A DNA stretch of 64,000 nucleotides from the human T2T-CHM13v2.0 reference genome, Homo sapiens: the NCBI RefSeq assembly GCF_009914755.1, contig NC_060925.1; one strand, written 5' to 3'. The translations under genes and the position numbers were made by a program. The notes under the pieces are model-generated. The model was not told the DNA's origin. It made no database searches and saw nothing but the letters and a program-made list of their open reading frames with translations. Shown here piece after piece: positions 17,713 through 31,057 of the stretch (the first letter of the stretch is position 1; each line of letters opens with the position of its first letter).

Positions 17713-18273
17713 TGATAGTGACAGGAGACAGACAAGTTCCTAGGCAGACAAGGATGAGTCCCCAGTGAAACTCGACCCTCAAGTCAAGGACAGTCTGAAG
17801 CCTGAAAACTGAGCTGCCAGTTCTGGATAGAGTCCAAGACGGGAGTGAGAAGTTCCATCCCTGTCTTACCCACTCTCTCTCAATTGGTTCCTTCTGAATG
17901 ATCCCTTTTAACAAATTGAATGGTGCCTTTTCCAAGTGCATCCATGGACCAATCAGCACACATTCCCCCACTCTAAGCTCATCAAAACCCTGGATTCAGC
18001 CTCACAGATGGAAACCCGTTTTCGGGTCCCCTCTCGCTGATGAAAGCTTTCCTTCTGTCGCTCAATAAAATTCTACTCTGCCTTACTCACTCTGCGGTTT
18101 CCACGTATCTTATTCCTCTTGATTGTAGGACAAGAACAAGGAACTTGTCAAACTGCAGGAGTGAAAGAGCTGTAATGCTCCCATTCACCAAGCTGTGGGA
18201 GGTGGAAGCAAAAAAACTGCTGGGCACCACTTCCTTCCACTCACTGAACTATGGGAGAGAAAAAGCTGTAACA
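17713..18273 (+). mobile_element. ERV1 solo LTR (LTR27/28-like)
   Basis: TG..CA ends, CCAAT box, AATAAA at about 18064, repeated gctgtaa near the 3' end. Confidence 0.8.
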
Positions 18274-19319
18274 CTGAGAACTAAAGTGACATGCTTAAGA
18301 CATTTCAGCTGGCTCACAGAAAACCAGAACTTTTTTCACCTACTTTAATCCTACCAGTTGGGTAAATACTGCCTAATTCTAAACTTCGAGAGAAAACACA
18401 TAAGATTACACAGGTAACTAAGATATGTTTATAAGAAGCTATCTTCATCTTTCAAGATGAACTGATAAAGGTCATAATGTTGTAAAGATTGAAGTTAAAA
18501 TTATATATGTATAAATTATATGTATATATATGCACCTTATATATATGCAGAGACCCATATGTATATATGCACCTTACAGTTTACTATGCTTAGAAAACAA
18601 CTGTCTGCCTAATTTGTAGCTGTAGCAGCATTTTATAAATGTGAGAAAACCAACCTTGAATTAAATGCGCATTATAAGAGGGGACAGCTGGGACTGCCCC
18701 TGTGGCAGCCTGGAGCCCTCTGGGAGCTGGGAGATGGCAAGCCCACAAGAGAAGAAGAGGCAGCACATCACTTGCACCAAGTTCCCTTCAGCTCCAGCAT
18801 GTCCTCCAAGTGGCAGCTGACCCCCTTCAGACACTGTTAAGAGAAAGAGCAAGAATGTCCTCTTGTTGAGCCAGTCACAGAAAACATCTTAACAGCCTAG
18901 TTAGCAGAGAGTCATCTTTTCCTAGATCTTGTGTCACATCTTATTAGATTTAGGATACTATTATCCTACTTAGGAAATTTGAAGTGTCCTTTTGATGGCT
19001 AATGCCACAAGTAAAATGTTAAACTATAGACATTTTAGAATAAAGAATCAGACTTCTCTCCCTAAAATTATACTGGAAAGCTCTCAGGATTTCTTTCAAG
19101 TTTGTCCTGGGTTCCAAGTTGGCCTTATCAGCTCTTCATAATTAACAACAGTACTTACTCTTTCCGAACCTCTCTTCAAAACAAAGAAGGTAACAATAGC
19201 TACTTGATTGAGTTGACTTCAAAATTAAGTTAGGTAATTTATCTAATGTGCCTAGCTTCTAACTTCTGCTAAAACAGAACACAACAACAACAAAAATACT
19301 TTTTCCCTTGTTTCCAAGC

Positions 19320-19663
19320 TGCTATGGTCTGAAAGTTTGTTTTCCTCCAAAATTCATATGTAGAAACCTAATCACCAATGTGATGGTATTAGATGGAGCA
19401 GCCTTTGGGAAGTGATTTGGTCGTGAGGGTTGAGCCTTCATGAATGGGTCAGTGGCCTTATAAAAGAGACCCTAGAGAACTGCCTTGCCCCTTCTACCAT
19501 GTGAGGACACAACAAGAAGGTGGCATCAATGAACAAGAAAACTGCTCCTCACCAGATACGGAATCTGCTGGCACCTTGATCTTGGACTTCCCAAGCTTCA
19601 GAATTGTTTATAAGCCACTCAGTCTATGGTATTTTGTTATAGCAGCAATAATGGACAAAGATA
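19320..19663 (+). mobile_element. MaLR solo LTR (MLT1A0-like)
   Basis: tgctatggtctgaa...aaaattcatatg...aatctgctggcaccttgatcttggacttccc...gtattttgttatagcagc. Confidence 0.9.
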
Positions 19664-19987
19664 GCACCCTTCATCCTTACCGTATCCTTTCCCTCCTCTA
19701 CTCCTGCCCCAACCTCTTCTAGTTTATGGTAGAAAGAGTGAGCATTACAGAAGTTGCTCAGAATCTCACTTACACCTAAATATGTTATTTAGTGCACAAA
19801 TCCTGTCGCATTTTACTTCCTATTTAACAGAGAACTTTCATTATAAATGTATGATTCTAAAAAAAAGGTAAAGAATCCATATTAAATTAAGCCCAGTGAT
19901 GCCCAATTTAGTCATTGCTTTTTTGACTATCAAAAACCAATCATTTGTATTTTAAGTCGTTCAGCTAAGAAGAAATTTGAATGGGAC

Positions 19988-20841
19988 CGTAATATTGTGA
20001 AATATATACTTGGTCTTTGTCCCTGTTTCCCTGATAAATAACTCCTACAATCCTTGAAATCTCCAGAGTGATAAATGTCTTCTGTATGTTGATGAGATAA
20101 TTAGTGGCTGGGGACCCCTAAATAGCTTCAGGATGGGGGCTGGTTGCCAAGGGAACCAACCAAGTGATTTAGTCCCACCCACCAACCTCTGTGGAAGGAA
20201 GAGGGACTGAAGGTTGGGTTGACAAACCAATGGCCAGTGACTTAATCAATCATGCCCAGGTGATGAAGCTTCCCTAAAAACCCGAAAGGATTGAGTTCTG
20301 GTGTCTTCCAGATAGCTGAGCACAGGGAAGTTCCTGGAGGGTGGAGTACCTGGGACAGGACATGGAAGCTCCATGCCTCTTCCCATACCTGGCTCTCTGC
20401 ATCTCTTTCATCTAGCTGTTCATCTGTATCCTTTGTCATATCCTTTCTAATAAATGAGTAAATGTAAGTAAGTGTCACCCTGAGTTCTGTAAGCCGCTTT
20501 AGCAAATTAATCAAAACCAAAGAGGGGGTTGTGGGAACGATTTACAGGCAGCGAGTCAGAAGCAGGGACCACAATCTGAAACTTACAACTGGTATCTGAA
20601 GTGGAGAACAGTTTTGTGGGTTTGAGCCTTCTACCTGTGAGGTCTGGTGCTATCTCCGGGTAGACAGCATCAGCACTGAATTAAGTTAGAGGACACTTAG
20701 CAGGTGTCTACTGAAAAATCAGCTGCAGAATTGCTTGGTGTGTGGAGGGAAAAAAACTCCACTCATCTGAGTCAAAGAAGCATTCTGTGTTGTGAGAGCA
20801 CAATAGGAAAAACTGACTTTGTTTATTCTTATATCCTTACA
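19988..20841 (+). mobile_element. Solo LTR (MER21 family)
   Basis: aatattgtgaaatatatacttggtc...tagcttcaggatgggggctgg...AATAAA...ccttaca. Confidence 0.85.
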
Positions 20842-21974
20842 GAGGCAATCATATCAGAAACCACAGCAGAGGTCCTCACATAGCTGCCAATCTTATTTTA
20901 GTTATAAGAGAGTCTTGGATGCTTTATGGGCAGTTCACACTTAAAATATTGAGTCTGTGTTTTCCTCAACATTCAATCAGCAAATTTTACTTGATACTCT
21001 GTTACATGCTCCTGCTAGTTAATAAGGGATACATCACACATACACACATGCATGTAAGTATATACATATGCATATACTTATGTATGTGACTATATGCCTA
21101 TTTTTTTTTAATTCAAGTGACTTATAATCTAGCTGGGATATTCTTTATTTTTTAATCTAAAAACCTAAGATTCTCCATAGCTGGGATATTCCAACAGTAA
21201 AGACTGACAAGCAAGTCTTGTGATATAAAGTGTATTACAATTAAAATATCAGTAACAAATTTTTATGCTATGGTTGACTGCATTTTTAGCAATATTTTAA
21301 GGAAAATAAAGGTAAGAATTAGAAGAAGATGATCTGCATGGTCTCATGAAGTGTATACTTTCTTGTAATGCAATATAATATAATTTGTAATACAACATCA
21401 ATGTGGTAAATATGGCATTTTAGTCAGTTTCATATATCTATCTATATATACATATATAGATAGATAGATATGAAGAGAGTGAGAGGCAGAGTCTCACTCT
21501 GTAACCAAGCAAATAAACTATATGTGTTGTAACTAGGCCAGATGTATTCTTCAGGAGTTGGAGCCTTTGAAAATGGGCCATTCCCATTTTTTTAGGAAAG
21601 CATAAAAATATTTCATCAAATAAAATTATTCCAATGAGCTTTGGCTGTTTTGATTTCTGGATTCAGAAATTATATTGCATATTTTCTGACTTAAATCCAT
21701 AGATACCGAGGGAATGAAAAACAAAACAGGATATTATATGGCTGTTTCCAATACATAAACAGTTAATTGATGTTTTGTATTTTCATTGTATAGTGTAACT
21801 TTGCATAGACATAGCCAAGGAGCTTTATCATCACACATAAGCTGTTTATGTAGTGTTTACTAAATTTTCTCAATTGAATCCAATTTTTGTTTGTTTTATC
21901 CTTATAGTGCAGAAATTATATTAATTACCTGTAAATATATTTCCAAAGAGTCCAGGGATCCACTGTAGGAATTC

Positions 21975-23378
21975 TTTCATTTAGCAAGTATTTATTCTAT
22001 GCTTGCATTCACCAAGCACTGGGATATAATAGTGAGCAATAACAAGTAAGATCTCTTCCCTAATAGAGCTCATATCCTAGTGGGTAAGAGAGCCATCAGT
22101 CAAATAATTATAGAAATCCATGTAAAATTGCAGCAATGATAAGTACTATTCAAGTTTGTGGTGCTAGAGAAGCTTATCTTAGTAGAATCCGACTTTGTCA
22201 AGGACGTCGGAAGAGTTTTCTAGAAAGTGATCCTTGAATTAAGCTCTGAAGGAATCCATTAAGATACCATCTCACACCAGTTAGAATGACAATCATTAAA
22301 AAGTCAGGAAACAACAGGTGCTGGAGAGGATGTGGAGAAATAGGAACACTTTTACACTGTTGATGGGACTGTAAACTAGTTCAACCATTGTGGAAGTCAG
22401 TGTGGTGATTCCTCAGGGATCTAGAACTAGAAATACCCTTTGACCCAGCCATCCCATTACTGGGTATATACCCAAAGGACTATAAATCATGCTGCTATAA
22501 AGACACATGCACACATGTGTTTATTGCGGCACTATTCACAATAGCAAAGACTTGGAACCAACCCAAATGTCCAACAATGATAGACTGGATTAAGAAAATG
22601 TGGCACATACACACCATGGAATACTATGCAGCCATAAAAAATGATGAGTTCATGTCCTTTGTAGGGACATGGATGAAATTGGAAATCATGATTCTCAGTA
22701 AACTATCGCAAGAACAAAAAACCAAACACCGCATATTCTCACTCATAGGTGGGAGTTGAACAATGAGAACACATGGACACAGGAAGGGGAACATCACACT
22801 CTGGGGACTGTTGTGGGGTGGGGGGAGGGGGGAGGGATAGCTTTAGGAGATATACCTAATGCTAAATGACGAGTTAATGGGTGCAGCACACCAGCATGGC
22901 ACATGAATACATATGTAACTAACCTGCACATTGTGCACATGTACCCTAAAACTTAAAGTATAATAATAGTAAAATAAAATAAAATAAAAAAGAAAATAGA
23001 GTTCCAGGGAGAAGGACTAGAATGTGCAAAAGCCCTGGATATGCAAATCTGATAAGGCTAAGGCAGAGAGAGATCAACGGTGGTCTTTGTTTAAGAGCAT
23101 GCAGAAGAGGTGCATTCAAACACGACCATGCAGATCATTTGATAAATTTTACTTTTAGCCTAAAAGAACTGTGACACATCTAAGAATTTTAAGCAATGAG
23201 GTGGCATAATCAGACTCATATATGATAAATAACCCTCCGACTTCTGCTTACCGTGAGACATATAGTGTATAGGAAACAGGGTAAACACTGGTAGACCAAT
23301 TACTAGGATATACAATCAAAATGAAAAATAATGGCAGCTTGGAGATACAGAAAAGTGGTTATATTTTAAAAAATAGTT
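21975..23378 (-). mobile_element. L2 split by the L1PA insertion
   Basis: ttcatttagcaagtatttatt start; resumes at 22995 (gttccaggg...gtgcaaaagccctgga). Confidence 0.75.
22262..22992 (+). mobile_element. 5'-truncated L1PA3-like LINE-1 (ORF2 C-terminus plus 3' UTR)
   Basis: ORF 22517-22759 MFIAALFTIAKTWNQPKCP... is the L1 ORF2p C-terminus; gctaaatgacgag diagnostic; G-rich tract; A tail. Confidence 0.95.
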
Positions 23379-23380
23379 AA

Positions 23381-25782
23381 GAGGTTCCGTTTTTGGCCAT
23401 GGTAGTATAACTGTTCTCAGACTTGTCTTTCTGCAGTAGGCAAGTATAAAACTGGGCAAAATATACAATGCATTGTTTGCATGTATTAAATAACAGAGAG
23501 ACTTGACAGAAGAAAAACTCATGAAGTGAGCTTCATAAATGACACAGTCCTCTGAATGGGGGCACTTTCCCTACTGCTAGCACAGGAGGAAGAGCTCAAA
23601 CTGCAGCAGGCACAGTGAGCTGAAGGAGAGAGTTGCGTATTAAGGCAGCTGAAGTGGCTGGGATTTGCAGGACAAGGTACCTGAGAAAAGGGAGTTGTGC
23701 AAGGGTTGGGGGAAGGTCACCATGAGTCTGTATTAGTAGTTCACCATGAGCCCTTACTTCAAGGTTAAGCTGTACATGAACAGGGAAAACTATGCAAGAC
23801 CTAGCAGAGAGTGATAGCTATGGGATGGAATGTCAAATGATGGTATCGAGTCATACAGTATTGGGAGACATTTGAGGCCCAGCTCAGCCAGAGAAGAAAG
23901 AATTCAAAAGCCCTTCGTGCATTTAGCTGAAACTCCCCAAAAGACACAATTTTTGAGTAAGGATAATGCCACACTCAATGGCTAAAGTCAAAATCCAAAG
24001 AGATTCGCCCTAATAAAAAATACAACCATGCTTGACATGTTCAAAAGGAGCTGCCAGTAATGTATTGTCTTCCAGAACAAAACTAATTAACCAATTAACA
24101 GATGCTAACATAACCCAGAATCTCTACAACATACCACCCCAAGTGTTTAACATAGAATTTTGGAAAATCCAGACTTGTAGGTAAATATGACCCACAATCA
24201 AGAATAAAAGCAATGAACAGAAACAGAATATGAAATGTTTCGGGTCCTGGAATTGGCAGACAAAGACTTTAAAAGAGTTATTGTAAATATATTTCAAGGC
24301 TTAAAAGAAAAAATGGTTGAAGTGAGTGAAGAGATAGAGTTTCTCAATACAAACATGAAAATGATAAGAGAATCACATGAAAAATCTTGATCTGAGAGTA
24401 TAATACCTGAAATTTAAAATCAAAACAAAACATCAAAAGGTCCCAATGGCAATATGAAGACAACAAAAGATCCAGTGTATATGAGGAGAGATCAGTAGAT
24501 AGTATTAGATCTAAAGGGAAGAAAGGAGACTAAAACAATCCTCAACAAAACAAAGCACAGAAGAACAAAGCCTCAGTTACATGTGGGATAATATGTTGAA
24601 GTCTAATGTTCATGCATTTAAATGTTCCAGAGGGAGAAGAGAGATGGAACCAAAAAAAAGCCTAAATAAAAATAGCTAAAAATTTTCAAATTTTGTAGAA
24701 TTATAGTACAAAAAGAATCACTTAGGTATGTCATACTCCAACTGCTGAAAACCACAGATATAAAGAAAATTGTATACGCTTACACCTCAAGAAGCTAAAA
24801 AAAGAAGAGTAGTGAACTCAAAATATATAGGCACAAAAAATAAAGATAATAGCAGATGTCAATGAAATAAGAAAAAAGAGAAAGTTAACCAAGAAGTTGA
24901 TTGTTTATAAAGTGTAATAAATTGGCAAGTATTAACATTACCAATATCAGGAATGAAGAATATATACACTGAAGACATTTGAAAAGTAACAAAAAAAAAC
25001 TGTGAATAACCAATAATTAACAAAAGTAGATAAAGTGGACAAATTGTCTAAAAAACACAACTAACCAAAATTGACACATGAAGAAATAGAAAACTTAAAT
25101 TACCCTATATCTGTTAAAACTATTGAATTCATCCTCAAAAGCCTTCCCACCAAAACACCCTCAAAATCCAGATGGCTTTGTTAGTAATTTCCATTCAATA
25201 TTTTAGAAGAAATTAATGCCAATTCTACAAAAATTATTTTTTAAGAGAAAAAAAGAGTGAACACTTCCCAATTCATTGTATGAGGGCAGCATAACCCTAA
25301 TACCAAAAACTTGACAAAGACGTTACAATAAGGTAAAATTACAGACCAATATCCCTCATGAACATATATGTAAAAAAGAATAAAAAAAGAATAAACTGCT
25401 GACATAAAAAACCATGAGGCTCAAAAACATCATGTAGAATGAAAGAGGCCAGATCAAAAAATATATATTTTATAATTCCTTTTGATAAAAGTTTAAGAAA
25501 AGGAAAAAAAAAGCTGAAGTCAGAAAAATGAGATGTGTAATTTCTTGAGGTGTGGGAAGGAGGTGGAAATTGGCCAGCAGGGAACATGAAAGAACAATCT
25601 GGGATGCTGGGTATGTTCTATATCTTGATTGAGGTGATGATTAAATAGCTATATAGGTATAGATATAGATGGACAGAAGATAGCTAGCTAGATGTTAATA
25701 AATAGAATAAAAACTAATCAAATAATACACTTAAGATCTGTGCATGCCCCTTTACATGTATTTGACCTCAATTTTTAAAAAA
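23381..25782 (+). mobile_element. Old L1M, internally deleted (5' UTR, ORF1, ORF2 pieces, 3' UTR)
   Basis: ORF1-like tggaattggcagacaaagactttaaa; ORF2-like cacttcccaattcattgtatgagggcagcataaccctaataccaaaa; 3' end atacacttaagatctgtgca. Confidence 0.8.
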
Positions 25783-27317
25783 GATGACTAGAAGGAAAAT
25801 CATTGTAATCTGGTGGCCAATTACAAATAGTGTGTGTAGAGAGAAATGCAGTTATTGAGTAGAGATACTCAGGAAGCAAAGTGAAGTTTGATAAAACATT
25901 TTTCCTGCCTTAAAACTGCTTAAATTTCTCTACCTGGTGTATGCAGGTGATGGAAGGGATAGAGAACCAAATAAGAAATACCTTAAAGGAATTCAAAACC
26001 AGCAAAGGAGTGAGAAACATATGTAGTTCTGACGTAGTCAACTGTAACTCATTCATTCCATAATTGAAATAACAACATCCAACAGGAAATGAAATAGGTT
26101 GTTGATAGCCTGCGCAGCCAAGTTTATTATTCAAGAAGTTTGCTGAAGTTTATCCACAAAAGATTATCCTGGCTTTTAAACTGCAAATCCTAGAAGTTTT
26201 TTTTTGGCAAATAGAATGTGTACACAGAAAAATGATTACTGCCAAAGAAGGGGACAGTAAAAGAACAAAGGGAAGAAAATAGCATGGGAAAGCATTGCTT
26301 TGTAATTCTACTACACGTTGATTGATAGAACTGGCATCTTTCAAGCTCTGTCACAGCTGCATTATAAAGCCGTCACTGCACAGGATATTGATGGATACTT
26401 AAAACATGCAAATAGCAGGAGAGATCATTTTTCACAAAGTTTTGGTTAATCAGGATGGCTTGAGTCCCCAGGGGAAGGAAAAGGAGAAAGGTCAACCTTG
26501 GCATTCATTCAGAGCAAAGCCATGCCACCCCACTGTGCTTTGGAAGTTATGATGAGTTACAGGAGCTCTCTGCCAGCATCCCCCTTAGAGTGGGTTGGGA
26601 ATCTGCAGATCTCACCTCCTGCTAACTGGAGAACACAGACTCTAGTCTAAAGAAAATTAAATTTTTATTTCATAAACATATATTGGTGAATTCACTTACA
26701 CACATTTGCAGGCATGATAGCTTGTAGTTTTTTTCTAAGAAAAAAGCACAAAGCACATAGTTCAGAGATATCATATCTAGTATCCCATCAAAAATCAGCA
26801 GAGGTATGAAAGGATAGTATCAATGATTAGCCATTGTTGTGTATTTAAAAGTAAGGTCAAATCTAATATTAATTTTTAAGAATGTAAATTAAGTCAAAAG
26901 ACTTATCTTGATGTTTCACCCCCCTAATCTTTCTTGTAAGTTGAAATTGTTTTAGAATAATAAGCCCATAGATAGGAATTAAGATAAATATATGTGTATA
27001 TATTTGTATACATGGATATATGTACATATAGAAATACATATATGTAATTCTCTATTATTATAAATAATGCTCTTTAAACATGCCTCTCTATCTCTTCAAA
27101 TTTTCATTGAGTTCATTTAGAATTTTGGATGTGATTTTAAATAATTAATTTTATAAGCTATGTATCTTTCAGAAATTATTTTAACATTTGCATTGTTTCA
27201 TAACTGTGCTGAAACTAATGTGAATGGAACCCCATGGAGATACACACTGGGTTGATTAAGCATTTTATGGCCCTATTGCTCAGCACTTTTTTTTAAAACT
27301 AAGTCTCTCTCTTTCTT

Positions 27318-27529
27318 TCCTTTTTTTTTTTTCAAGATGGGGTCTCACTCTATCACCTAGGCTGGAGTCAGTGGCATAATCATGGCTTACTGCAGCCTTG
27401 ACCTCCCAGGCTCAAGCAATCCTCCCACTTCAGCCTCCAGATAACTGGGACTGCAGGCACATGCCACCATGCCTGGCTAATTGTTTTTATTTTTTGTAGG
27501 AAGAGGGTCTCTCACTATGTTGCCCAGGC
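27318..27529 (-). mobile_element. 5'-truncated AluJ
   Basis: Right arm plus part of left arm; TSD tctctc(t/c)ctttct. Confidence 0.9.
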
Positions 27530-27619
27530 TTCTCTCCCTTTCTTAAGTTCCTTATTGTGACTCATTTCTCAGTCTTCTGCAGATTTCTTTTCAAAGATCA
27601 TCTTTTCCAAAAACGTTAG

Positions 27620-27988
<369 letters not shown>

Positions 27989-28286
27989 TTATGTGCTTTT
28001 ACATATACATAAAAAATGGGCAATAGAATTTCTGGGTGATGGGTCTTCCCATCAAAATTTTGGGAAATGTATTTCAAAGGTTTCTGTTAATTTAGTCCAA
28101 GGAGAAATCTGATACTAAAAGGAAATATTTTTGTTTTACGGATACTATGTTTTAATTATTTTTCTTTTCTGAATATGTATAAATACGTTTTTCTTATATT
28201 TTCAATTCAAACATCTCACCAGCAAACGTAAATGTAGATCTGTAATCTACAATTACAGATTGTAATGTAGATTACTGTAAATGTAG

Positions 28287-28550
28287 TGCCTGTAATCCCA
28301 GCACTTTGGGAGGCCGAGGCGGGCGGATCACGAGGTCAGAAGATAGAGACCATCCCGGCTAACACGGTGAAACCCCCGTCTCTACTAAAAATACAAAAAA
28401 TTAGCCGGGCTTGGTGGCGGGCGCCTGTAGTCCCAGCTACTCAGGAGGCGGAGGCAGGATAATGGCGTGAACCTGGGAGGCAGAGCTTGCAGTGAGCCAA
28501 GATCGCACCACTGCACTCCAGCCTGGGTGACAGAGGGAGACTCCGTCTCA

Positions 28551-28582
<32 letters not shown>

Positions 28583-28585
28583 AAA
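28287..28585 (+). mobile_element. AluY lacking its first ~18 nt
   Basis: ggatcacgaggtca, ggctaacacggtg, aatggcgtgaacc; long A tail followed by (TA)n(GATA)n. Confidence 0.95.
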
Positions 28586-28664
28586 TATATATATATATCG
28601 ATAGATAGATAGATAGATCTTATTCATTGATTTTTCTCTAATCCTCAGTGAGCCCTTTCTATAG

Positions 28665-28990
28665 AATTTATTTAACAAATATTTATTAACTACCTTTTTT
28701 GTGCTAGTCACTGTTCTAAACTCTAAGAACACAAATATGAACAGAAAAGACAAACATCTTTGCCTTCATGAAACTTACACTCTAGTTGGAAAGAAATAAA
28801 ACTAAATAAGCAATAGATTATGCTAAATGAAACTGCTGTTTTTGTAGGTCAAAATGGTTTACTTTCAGCTATTTCATATGGCTCAACATATTAAATTTAT
28901 AGTGGGTTAGATGGTGGTAAGTGCTAGGGAGAAAAACTACAGCCCGATTAGGGGAAAAGAGAGTACCTGGGAGAAAAGGTGGTTGTAGTC
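28665..28990 (-). mobile_element. L2 3' end
   Basis: atttaacaaatatttatt...tttgccttcatgaaacttacactctagttgg. Confidence 0.75.
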
Positions 28991-29429
28991 TTCCATGTTC
29001 AAAATTGTTAGTGGTTGTCTGTACTCTTATGATGCATATCAGACCCATAACAGGCCCTGTAAGGCTTTACCTGCCCTAACCCTACATACCTTTTCAGCCT
29101 CGTCTCAAATCATTCTCCACTTCTGCTCCTATCGCACCATCTGTCAATCTGTCATACCCTCTATTGAACATACCCATTCTTCCTCTTCTAGTCAGATGTC
29201 TCTTTTACTAAGTTCAGTCTTTCACTTGAGTTTCAAACCCTGCTCTGATCATGTGACCCAGTTCTACCTGCTCAGTCTCATACCCTTCCCTTCAGCCTGA
29301 GCTGGACTCAAAATCAGTTGGGAACCTCAGCTCCTCCAGTTCAGGGAACTGTTATTGCTGGTTTTTGCCCCTCTAGTAGTTAACATTACACCCTAATTGT
29401 TTTCAGTCTTGATGGCAGATTTTATTCAT

Positions 29430-30058
29430 TTGGAAGCTTTTTAAAAATATTAATTTCAGGTCCATCCTAGATTTGTTAAATCAGAAAATCTAGAAGTAAA
29501 TCCCAGTATAGATGTATTAGTTTGTTCTCATGCTGCTAATAAAGACATACGCAAGACTGGGTGATTTATAAAGGAAAGAGATTTAATTGACTCACAGTTC
29601 CACATGGCTGAGTGGAAGGCAAATGAGGAGCAAAGTCACATTTTACACGGTGGCAGGTAAGAGAGCTTGTGCAGGGGGGCTCCCCTTTATAACCATCGAT
29701 CTTGCGAGAGTTATTCACTAGTATGAGAAGAGCATGGGAAAGACCTACCCCCATGATTTAAGTACCCCCCACTGGGTCCGTCCTAAGACATGTGGGAATT
29801 ATGGGAGCTACAATTCAAGATGAGATTTGGGTGGGGACACAGAAAAACCATATCAATAGATATTGCTTAAAAATTGCCCCAGGTGATGCTAGTTTGCATA
29901 TAATTTTGAGGAACTTTATAAAATCCTGACACCTGAATTCTACACCCCCCCCACCTTGAGACTCTGATTTTATTGGTTTAGGGGTGCAGACTGGGCATTG
30001 AGATGCTTTAAAGTTCCTTAAGTGATTCTACCGTGTAGCTCGGTTAAGAACAACTGGT
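29430..30058. mobile_element. MER5A/B hAT MITE remnants, one split by THE1
   Basis: aaatcagaa...ccccaggtgat; tctgattttattggtttaggggtg...aagtgattct...ttaagaacaactg. Confidence 0.65.
29513..29855 (-). mobile_element. THE1 solo LTR
   Basis: tgtattag...gctgctaataaagacata...gagatttgggtggggacacag...ccatatca; perfect TSD ATAGA. Confidence 0.95.
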
Positions 30059-30147
30059 TTGGGTGCTGGATCGTTGTGACCTATAACGGGACCAGGAAGA
30101 ACCTACAGAGAAAGAAGTTACTGATTTTGCAGGGGATGGGTGGGGAG

Positions 30148-30441
30148 TGTAGGAGAGAAAACAAACATTTTCCTCTACCTTCTTAGATCTGCAGCTAGCC
30201 TATAAATTAAACTGACAAAAGGCAGATTAATAGGAGAAAAGGCATAAAATTTTTATATGATGTTAACATTTTAATTTCTATGTTCATCGAGGCCTATGTA
30301 GGAAAGAAGTGAAGACTCAAAGAAATGGTTAAAAGGCAGATAGCTTTTTCTGTGTTTGTTTTTACTCGGTTGCCTTCAGCTCAAAATAATTTTTATGCCA
30401 AAATCAGGTATTCTGGGGATTGCATATTCTAATTCCTTTCA
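30148..30441 (-). mobile_element. ERV1 solo LTR (MER34-like, internally deleted)
   Basis: Reverse complement starts tgaaaggaattagaatatgc...tttggcataaaaattattttgagctgaaggcaa. Confidence 0.75.
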
Positions 30442-30499
30442 GGGGAAGAATGTTAAATATAGATGCAGAAAGTAATTATAATGTCAATAACTAAGTATG

Positions 30500-30720
30500 T
30501 GGCACATAGTAGGTATCAGACAATTTTCTAAGTACTTTGTATATATTTACTCATTTATTCCCCACAAAAATGTGATTCTATTCCTCAATTTACAGACAAG
30601 GAGACTAAGAAAAAATACATGTAGTTTCTTGTCCAAGATCTACATCTAGTAAGGAGTCAGGATTCAAACCAACTGGTGCCAGAATCTACTTTCTCAATCA
30701 CTGGCTAGACTACCTTGCCT
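30500..30720 (-). mobile_element. MIR
   Basis: actcattta...atttacagacaaggagactaag...caggattcaaacc. Confidence 0.75.
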
Positions 30721-30747
30721 CTAAGTGGTCTAGAATAGCTCCAGGAC

Positions 30748-31057
30748 TTATTTATTTATTTATTTATTTACTTTTGAGACAGGATCTCACTCTATCACCT
30801 AGGTTGGGAAACAGTGGAGCGATCTCAGCTTACTGCAGCCTCAGCTGCCTAGGCTAAAGCAATCCTCCAACCTCAGCCTCCCAAGTAGCTGAGACTTCCA
30901 GGCCCCTGCCACCAGGCCTGGCTAATTTTTATATTTTTTGTAGAGACAGGGTCTCACTATATTACCCAGGCTGGTCTCAAGCTCCTGGGCCCAAGTGATG
31001 CTCATGCCTTGGCCTCCCAAAGTGTTGAGATTACAGGCCTGAGCCACTGCCCCTGGC
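30748..31057 (-). mobile_element. AluJ SINE
   Basis: (TTTA)n tail, actgcagcctc, aactcctggg-type J features. Confidence 0.92.

Noticed and set aside
22517-22759. 80-aa ORF matching a real protein
   Set aside because: C-terminal remnant of L1 ORF2p in a 5'-truncated element
22815-22836. G-quadruplex-forming tract
   Set aside because: Standard feature of the L1PA 3' UTR
25910-26134. 74-aa minus ORF with a possible AAG|GTATTT donor
   Set aside because: No recognisable homology; stops in all frames after the best upstream acceptor
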